Shown one piece after another: positions 34,657 through 42,622 of a DNA stretch of 42,622 nt; position 1 is the first letter of the stretch, and each line of letters begins with the position of its first letter. Origin of the DNA: Parvularia atlantis (taxonomy: Eukaryota); NCBI GenBank assembly GCA_943704415.1, contig CALSCO010001094.1:1-42622 (forward strand). The letters are read 5' to 3'. Position numbers and translations under genes: made by a program. The notes under the pieces were generated by a model. It was not told the DNA's origin. It ran no database searches and worked only from the letters and a program-made list of their open reading frames with translations.

Positions 34657-36113
34657 CTACAGGAAGAAGCGCCGCCGGCTCGTGTCGAGCTCGCTCTGCG
34701 CGGCGTGCGGGGCGCGTGTGCGTGTGTGCGCGTGTGCGCGTGTGCGCGTGTCAGGGCCGAGGCGATGTGCACGGCGTCAAACACGCCAGACCTTGTGGTG
34801 CCATTCGTAGTCGCCAAACTTGGTGTCGAACGTGCCCTTTTGCAGCCACTGCAGCTTGAGGCTGAACTCGGGCCCGATCTCCTGCAGGCTGACCTTCTTG
34901 CCGTCCTTGAACACGTACCGGTGCCGCCGGAAGAAGATGAAGTCGCGCTGGTTGTGGAACGTCACGACCTGCCGCCCCCTGCACGCAGCGCCGCCGGTCT
35001 CAGCGCCCGCCGGTGCACACGCGCGTGCGTGTGCAGGCCACGCACTTGAACTCGGGCTGCTGCGGGAACAGCGCCGCAAACATGCGCCCGACAGTGTGGC
35101 CCAGCCGCGTCGTGAAGTTGTTGAGGATGACCTCGGGCACGTGGCTCGTGCTGCGCGCGTGGTGCTGGCCGTCCGGTCCATGCGCACCGTCAGCGCACGC
35201 AGCGGGCGAGCGGGCGGTGCGACGCGCGCACGTAGATCTCCTTGTGCTTCTTGACGCTCGTCAGCTTGAAGTGCGCCGTCGGCCCGTCGGGCAGATGGAT
35301 GATCGTCACCGACTCTGCCGCGCCCCGCCTCAGGCACACCACGTAGGGAGCGGCGGCGGCCGGCACGCACGCGGCTCCTTGCGGTCCTCGTTCACGAGCA
35401 GGATGTCGGTGAAGCCCTTCTCCTTCGCGGCCTTGACGATCTCCTTGATGTCGAACGTGGCGCGCCGGTGGAAGTGCGAGTTGGGGATCACGTCTAGCAG
35501 CTCCTCGATGAACGCAAAGACGTCCTGCGCGCCACGACGTCGGCCGCTGCGACGTGCACGCAGTGCGAGGAGAGGCGGGCGCACCCCGACGGGTCGGCGG
35601 TTCGTCGTCACGAGCACGTTTGGCGTGACGCCGTCCTGGAAGTACGCGGCAAACTCGTCGTTCGCTTCATCCTGGGGGCTCGGCATCAGGCAGCGCGCGA
35701 GGGAGCAAGAGGGACCGGAGCGCGCGGCACCTGCGCCACCTCGTGGTCGTCCGCCTGCACGACCGTCTCGTCGTACTCGCGCGTGTTTTCGAGCGTGCGT
35801 GGCGCCTTCTTTGGCGGTGCCTGCCCCCCCTCGCACGCGCATCAGCAGCAGTGGCGGCAGCAGCATCGAGGGGGGCGGGCGCCGCACGTCGTCGCCGAGC
35901 TCGTCGCGCTCGCGCTTGCGCGCCTTGCGGTCCTCGCGCTTCTCCTGCTTCTTCTCGGCCTTCTGCTGCCGGTACACCTCCTGCCGCTTCGTCTTGTTGC
36001 CGATCGTCGACGGCTGGATCTGCGCCCCGCGCGCGCACGCGCATCAGCCGCCGTCCCGCGCTCAAAGAGGACGCAGGACGCACCCGCCTCCTCGTGGCCG
36101 CGCTGTCACTCAT
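34657..36113 (-). CDS. RPF1: Brix-domain ribosome production factor RPF1, multi-intron
   Basis: [114 protein letters not shown]. Confidence 0.93.
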
Positions 36114-36258
36114 CCTGTGTCGCGTTACCCGGGTGAATACGGTTCACATCCGGCTGTCTCGCGCGCTGCGCCTCGTTCCGCCTCGTTCGTGCGCCGCATC
36201 GGTCGTCCCCGTCCTCGCCGCGTCTGCCGCCGCACCGATTGAGAGGCGCACGGGAGCG

Positions 36259-36555
36259 ATGCGCGGCGAGCACAAGCGCACGGCCACGCCCGTGATGGGC
36301 GCGGCCAAGACGATCAATGAATATGTGCGTCGGCGTCGCGTGCCGTGTGCGCTGCGCCGTTGTCGCCGCCGCTCACACGCCCGCGCCGGCGCCGGCGCCG
36401 GCCGCCGCAGCAACTGGGCGACTCGATCGGGAAGGGCGCGTTCGGGACGGTGTACCAGGGGCTCAACATGAAGACGGGCGAGGTCGTGGCGATCAAGCAG
36501 ATCACGCTGCAGAACATCCCAAAGTCGGAGCTGGACGCGATGATGGTGCCGCCGT

Positions 36556-36589
<34 letters not shown>

Positions 36590-39500
36590 ACGTGCGCGTC
36601 GTGCGTCGTTCGTACGCAAAGGTCGAGATCGACCTGCTCAAGAAGCTGCACCACAACAACATCGTGCGCTACATCGGCTTCGTCAAGTCCAAGGACTACC
36701 TCAACATCATCCTCGAGTGCGCCGCGGCGTGCCCGCCGCCCGTCGTGGTCTGCGCCGCGCTCATCGGCGTGCTTGTGACGCGCGCAGGTACTGCGAGAAC
36801 GGCTCGCTGCAGTCGATCTGCAAGAAGTTTGGCAAGTTCCCCGAGACGCTCATGGCAGTGTACACGGCGCAGGTGCTCGAGGGCCTCGTGTACTTGCACC
36901 AGGAGGGTGTGATCCACCGCGACATCAAGGCACGCCTGCGCACGCGGCAGTGCGCGACGGCGACGGCTGACGCGAGGCGCGCGCGAGCAGGGCGCAAACA
37001 TCCTCACGACCAAGGAGGGCCACGTCAAGCTGGCCGACTTTGGCGTGGCCACGCACGCGACCGACATCGGCGCCGACCACGCCGTCGTCGGCTCGCCCTA
37101 CTGGAGTGCGTCCGCCCTGCGCTGCACAGCCAGGCGTATCTCACGCGCGTGCGCGACGCAGTGGCGCCCGAGGTGATCGAGATGACGGGTGGGACAACGG
37201 CGTCCGACATCTGGTGCGTTGCGGCGGCGGCGGCGTGCGTGCGCTGCCCATGTGTGTGCCCAACGTGTGTCGGCCACAGGAGCGTCGGGTCGACGATCAT
37301 CGAGCTCATGACCGGCGAGCCGCCGTACTTTGACCTCTCGCCCATGTCGGCCCTGTTCCGGATCGTGCAGGACGACCACCCGCCACTGCCCGACGGCATT
37401 TCGCCCGCGCTGCACGACTTTTTCATGCAGTGCTTTCAGAAGGACTGCAACCTGCGCGTCTCGGCCGCCAAGCTCCTCAAGCACCAGTGGCTGCAGAAGG
37501 CGCGCAAGGAGCGGATGGTGCGCGCGCCAGGCGGGCGAGCTGCGACCGCGGCCTGGGGTGCCCATACGCGCGCGACGTAGCAACAGAACGCCGAGAAGCC
37601 GACCGATCAGCGCGCGGCGACGACCAACTTCATCGACACGGTGCAGACGATCGTGCAGTGGAACGAGGCGCTGCAGGGTGCGCCTGCAGCTACCAGCGGG
37701 TGGTGGGCGCGGCTCACAGCGCGGGCGCAGGCGACAACACGGCGGGCAAGACCGGCACAATCAAGAACCTCAAGCCGGCCACGCCGGCCAAGTGCGTCGC
37801 ACGCGTCTCAGCTGCAGCCGCGGTCTCACGGCCGCGCTGCGCAGGGTCGCCGTCGGACGCAAGAACAGCCAGCCGATCAGCCTGTCGCCGGCCGCCGCGT
37901 CGCCGTCGTGCGTGGCGCTGCGCCGTACCGCGAGCGCGACCGCTGACGCACCCTTGCACAGGTCGCTGCCGTCTCTCGCGCTGGCCAAGCCCGGCGAGAC
38001 GGGGCGGTTTGCGCCGCTCAAGCAGCAGCTGTCGGAGATGGCCGACGAGGACAACTGGGACGCGGACTTTGAGGACAAGCCCGGGGGAGACACGCCGAAG
38101 CGCAAGACGGGCGACACGCCGTCCAAGGACGGTGCGTGCGGGTGCCGCGCGCGACCGCGGACGTGCTCTGACGCGTGCTGCGCGCGACCAGCCAAGCGGC
38201 CGCAGAGCGGGGCAGCCGCCAACGCGAACGGTGCGCGTGGCTCGCGCGCGGCGTTTGGCCCAGCTGACGTGCGTGCGCACGTGCAACAGTCTCGCGCACG
38301 CCGTCCAAGACGCGCCCGGACCTGGCCGCGTTTCGCGAGGACGACGACGACGACGACATGGTGCGCGCGGTCGCGTGCCTGCGCGCACTTGCTCACGCGC
38401 TGCCCCGCGCAGGTCTCGGGCCTGGACGTCGGGTCGTCCAGCAGGCCGATCCAGGTGCGGCAGGCGCTGGTGCCGCCCAAGGCCGCTAGGCCATCGTCGC
38501 CTGCCGCGCAGGGCAAGCAGGGTGCGCGAGTGTGGTCGGTCGGTGGCACCGCTGACGATGGCACAGACCTGTGGGCGTACAGCGAGAAGGGCGAGAGCTT
38601 TGACGACCTCGGCGGTGGCGGTGGCGAGCTGCGCCTCAACCCGAAGCTGAACCGGGCGAGCTCAAACAAGGGCACGCTCACGCCCAAGCTGATCCGGCCC
38701 GAGGACCTGCAGAAGTTTGTAGCGGCGGCACAGACCGCAGCGGCGGCGCCAAGCAACGGGGCGGCACTGCGCTCGCCCTCGCCCGGCCTCGGCGCGCCGT
38801 CGCTCGCGCCGCCCTCGCCGAGCAAGCTGCTCGAGACACCCGTGTCGACACCGCGCGCGGGCGGCCGGGCGGGGCAGCGCGTCGCGTCGGGCGACATGAT
38901 CATCTACCGCGAGGACGACAAGGAGCAGGACGACTACTCGGAGGTGTTTGGGCTGCGCTTCACGGGCGGTGCGTGGCGACCGTGCGCTCTGCATTGAGTC
39001 TGACCCCTCCGTGCGTTCACAGACCAGAAGGGCGCGACGTTCAAGCTGCGCCTGGCGGTGCCGGTGCGCTGGCTGTGCGCATGACGGGTCGCGGCTGACA
39101 CGCGCACAGACGGTCGACGACGGCGACGACGACACCGCGTTCAAGGACGACCTGGCCGAGGGCGACGAGGACGAGGACGTGTTTGCGACGGTGGACGACT
39201 TTGACGACATCGGTGCGCCTTGTGCCGCGCGCGCAGACACGCAGAGTTAACAGCGCGCGCAGACCTGGAGGAGCAGCGCGAGAAGAACCGTCTGGCGGCG
39301 CAAGTGACGGACCTGCTACGCATCGTCGGTGCAATCCACCGCGGCAGCCCCGACGACGCCGTCGTGAGCGCCGCCGACCGGCTGGTGCGCCATAGCGTGC
39401 GCGCGCGCGATTGGCGGCACGTCTCACCCGCCCCGGGACAGGTCGCGCTGCTGCAGGAGAACGCGCTGCTGCGCGAGGAGCTGATGTTGAGCCGCAACGG

Positions 39501-41628
39501 GCTGGTGCCGCTGCTCGACCTGCTGGACGACGTTGCGCCGACGAGCACCGTCGTGACGCACCTGCTGCGGCTCGTGTGGGAGATCGTCAACAACGACACG
39601 GAGGCGCTCGAGTGGTTCGTGTCGATCGGCGGGCTGGCGTCGCTCGTGCGCTTTGCCGGTGGCGTGCCGAGGTCGAGGCGCGATGCGTGTCTGACGTTGC
39701 GTCGCCGAGCAAGGCGCGGGCGAATGCGCGCTCGAGGCGCGGCTACAAGCGCTGCGGCTGCTCAAGACCGTGGCGACGTCGTCACTCAAGACGCTGCAGG
39801 CGGTGCGTAGACTGGCGTGCACAGCGGCCGTGGCTGACGCGTGCGTGTGTGAGCAGTTTGTGGCGTGCCGCGGCATCCCCGTGCTGATCCAGGTGCTTGC
39901 GGACGGCGACTACGACGCTCACGCGGCGCTCGTGCGGCTCGCGTTCGAGTGCGTCGCCGGCTCGCTCGACGTCGCGGTGCGCGCGCGCATCAGGGGCGAG
40001 TCTTGCCGCATAGCGCTCACGGTCTGCGCGCAGGAGCTAGTTGGGGCGAACGGCGGCGGTGACGGCGGCCTGACCAAGACGCAGCTGTACGTGCTGTACG
40101 CGTCAGCCGGGCTGCTGCCGGCCGTGGCGCACGCGTTCCACGAGGTTCTGATGGACCCGAGGTGCGGAGCCCTGCCCGCTTGTACGTTGCGCCCAGACGT
40201 GGCGTAACCCTCTGGCTGCAGTAGCGACGCGGACCTCGAGCTGCCCGAGCGCATGGTCGACCTGTTCATGGCATTTGCGGGCATGATCTCGGTCCGGGCG
40301 TGGCTGGCGTCGCGGCCGCTGCTGAAGGGTGCGCGTGATGCCGCGCCGCGCCGGTGGTCTGACACAGCGCGGCGACAGCGCTCGTGCGCGACCTGTACTG
40401 CCTGCCGCCGTCGCTGCAGCTCAAGGTGCTGAAGGTGCTGCGCGACGTGTCGATGCTGTCAGCGACGTCGCTCGAGCTGCTGCAGAAGGTGCGTGTGCCC
40501 GCTGCGCCGCGACGCTGCGCCTGACCCGCGTGCGCCAGGTGGACGCCATCATGGTGCTCGTGGGCCTGCTTGACCGGCAAGAGGGTCCGTTCGCGCAGGT
40601 GTGTGCCCGAGCGCGCGGCCTGCGTGTGCTCACGGTGGCCGGGCGAGTAGGAGATCCGCACGCTGGACGTGTTCATCCTCTTCAATCTGTGCCGCGTGTA
40701 CAAGCCGCGGCAGGAGGCGGCGGCCGTCGCGGGCATTGTGCCGCACCTGAAGCACTTCACGTCGATCAAGAGCCAGATGAAGGAGTTTGGTGCGTGCGCG
40801 CGCGTGCACGACGCGAGTGCGGCGCTGATGACGCGGCGGCCCCAGCGCTCCAACTGCTCGCCGACATGGCCGACGCGAGCGCCAAGACGCGCGAGATCCT
40901 CTGGCAGAACAACATGGTCACGTTCTTCGTCAACCTGCTCGCGAGCAACTCGACGTTCATCCAGCACGTGGCGCTACAGGCGCTGGCAGACTGGTGCGCG
41001 TGCACGACAAGCGGCGCGCGCATGTGGAGGCTGAACGGGCGCACACAGGCTCGGGCCAGAGACGGCCAAGGTCGAGGGCGTGATGATCCAGCCCGAGAAC
41101 ATTAAGACGATCATCAGCGGTCTGTCGCTGGGCAAGGTGCGGTGCCACCGGCGCGCCACGAGGGGTGCGCTGACACGGCGCGCAGTTTGTGCATGCGACG
41201 GCGATGGGCAACCCGCTCGACTCGCTGTACAAGATCATCATGGTCTCGCAGGCGATCAACCAGGGTGCGCGGCGCGCGTTGCTTGGGCGGCACGCTCACA
41301 CGGACACACGGTGCCCAGCGCTTGGCCAGTCGTCGCTCGTGCGCGTGCTCACGGACAAGCTAAGCAACCCCGACGTGATGGTCCGCCTGACGCTGCTCAA
41401 GGTGCGACAAGCGCGCGGCCTGCTCCGCTGCTGGCTGACCGCTGCTGCGCACTTGCGCCGCAGATCCTCACGGCGCTGTACTCGCAGCACCCGCAGCCGG
41501 CGCAGCTCGTGCAGGCGCACCCGAAGCTGCGCGCGGCGGTCGAGCGGATTGCCGAGTCGGACGGGCGCGTGCTCGTGTCGGAGATCGCGCGCAAGCTGCG
41601 GGACGAGTTTGCGAGCGCGGCGCGGTGA
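36259..41628 (+). CDS. Cdc15/Cdc7(S. pombe)/SepH/MAP3K-epsilon septation kinase with an armadillo-like C-terminus, many introns
   Basis: [108 protein letters not shown] motif. [25 protein letters not shown]. Confidence 0.92.
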
Positions 41629-41675
41629 CCAGATGCGTGTGCCTGTTGTGCCTGCCTGTACAGCGTCCACCCGTA

Positions 41676-42129
41676 TCACGACGCCAGCAGTGCTCGCGCT
41701 CTGTCGTGCTGCGCGGCGGCCGTTGCCGCGTCGACAATCTGGCGCGGCGCATGAGACGAGGCGATGTGCGCAGAGGGCGATGACGGGGCGCACCTGCCGC
41801 ACAAGCGCCTCCATCTCGGCCGCCGTGCGCGCCGACTGCGACCCATCGGCGTCTTCCTCCTCGTGCCAGCGGCGGATGCGCTCAGCGAGGCGCGCGCGCG
41901 CCGCCTGCTGCTCGTCGTCCGCGCCGCCATCGGCCTGCACGGCGCCGCGCGCATCGGCCGTGATCGCGTCGAGCAGCTGCGCCTGCGCCGTTCCGTGAGC
42001 CGATTGCACGGCCAGCGAGCGAGACGCAACCACGTCGGCCGCGCACGCCGCCGCCACGGCCTCGGCGCCGAGCCGCTGCGCCTCGATGAGCGCCGCAGCA
42101 CGTTCGACGAGCCGCTCGAACGTCGCCAT
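41676..42129 (-). CDS. Hypothetical alpha-helical protein, one probable intron; start uncertain
   Basis: GC3-rich frame MATFERLVERAAALIEAQRL..EMEALVRQ, GTGCGC..CAG intron, then IVDAATAAAQHDRARALLAS*. No recognisable domain. Confidence 0.5.
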
Positions 42130-42622
42130 CGGCGATCTGATGCCGTGGTTGCTATAGTGCACGCACGCGCAGCGCGTCGCGTGCCTCTGCTGCGTGGCGC
42201 AACCGGCCGCGTTGTCATGGCGCGGCCCGGTTGCGCCACCTCGCGCCTGACGTCAGTGGACAGGACACACAGGCACACACAGGACACAGGACACGACGCG
42301 TCGCAACGCGTGGTTGGAGCGCGCCATTTGCCAGGCAAAACTCTTGCCAACCTGCGTGCTTTTTAAGGCCGCGTTGCCGCCGCCAACCTGCGCACAAACT
42401 TTTCTGCGCCCACGCCGCCCCTGTGTGGCCGTTTGCCTCCCGTTCCCTGTTGTTTTTTGGCGCGCGCGCGCTCTCTCGGGGTGGGCGGGGGTGGTGGGCG
42501 CGCGGGTGGTTTGCCGGACGCGACGCGCGGTTTCATCTTCCCGCTTCGTGACGCGTGACACGGCGCGCCGGTCCGTGACGACTGCCGCGGGCGGTCCCTG
42601 ACGTGCATTTTTCGCCCCCCCC

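Overview
Very GC-rich, gene-dense eukaryotic DNA. It holds about 22 protein-coding genes, split by many short spliceosomal introns (mostly ~40-75 nt; roughly 150 or more by rough manual tally), so the six-frame ORF track is largely misleading and the gene models were spliced by hand. In order: tail of a proline-rich protein; DUF3293-CMPK2-like kinase fusion (-); KDM4-like JmjN/JmjC/PHD demethylase (+); degenerate questin-oxidase-like protein (-); organellar DEAD-box helicase (+); candidate ~318-nt box C/D-like RNA or MITE (-); TM2 protein (+); LAMTOR1 (+); MARVEL protein (-); ankyrin-SOCS-box protein (+); RUN + Rubicon-homology protein (-); RPP25/Alba protein apparently starting at CUG (+); CDK9/Bur1-like kinase (+); small protein with a TPX2-like motif (-); NOP53 (+); PP2A B55 (-); PIN1 (-); RPL27 (+); PDK1 (-); SDR (+); secreted penicillin-acylase-family enzyme (-); RPF1 (-); Cdc15/SepH kinase (+); hypothetical protein (-). 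Gene content suggests a unicellular opisthokont or close relative (inference). Family calls rest on recalled motifs, not database searches. Most notable: the DUF3293-CMPK2 fusion, the CUG-initiated RPP25, the TIR/box C-D element, the histidine-less questin-oxidase homolog, the intron-rich bacterial-type acylase, and the GTGCG donor consensus.
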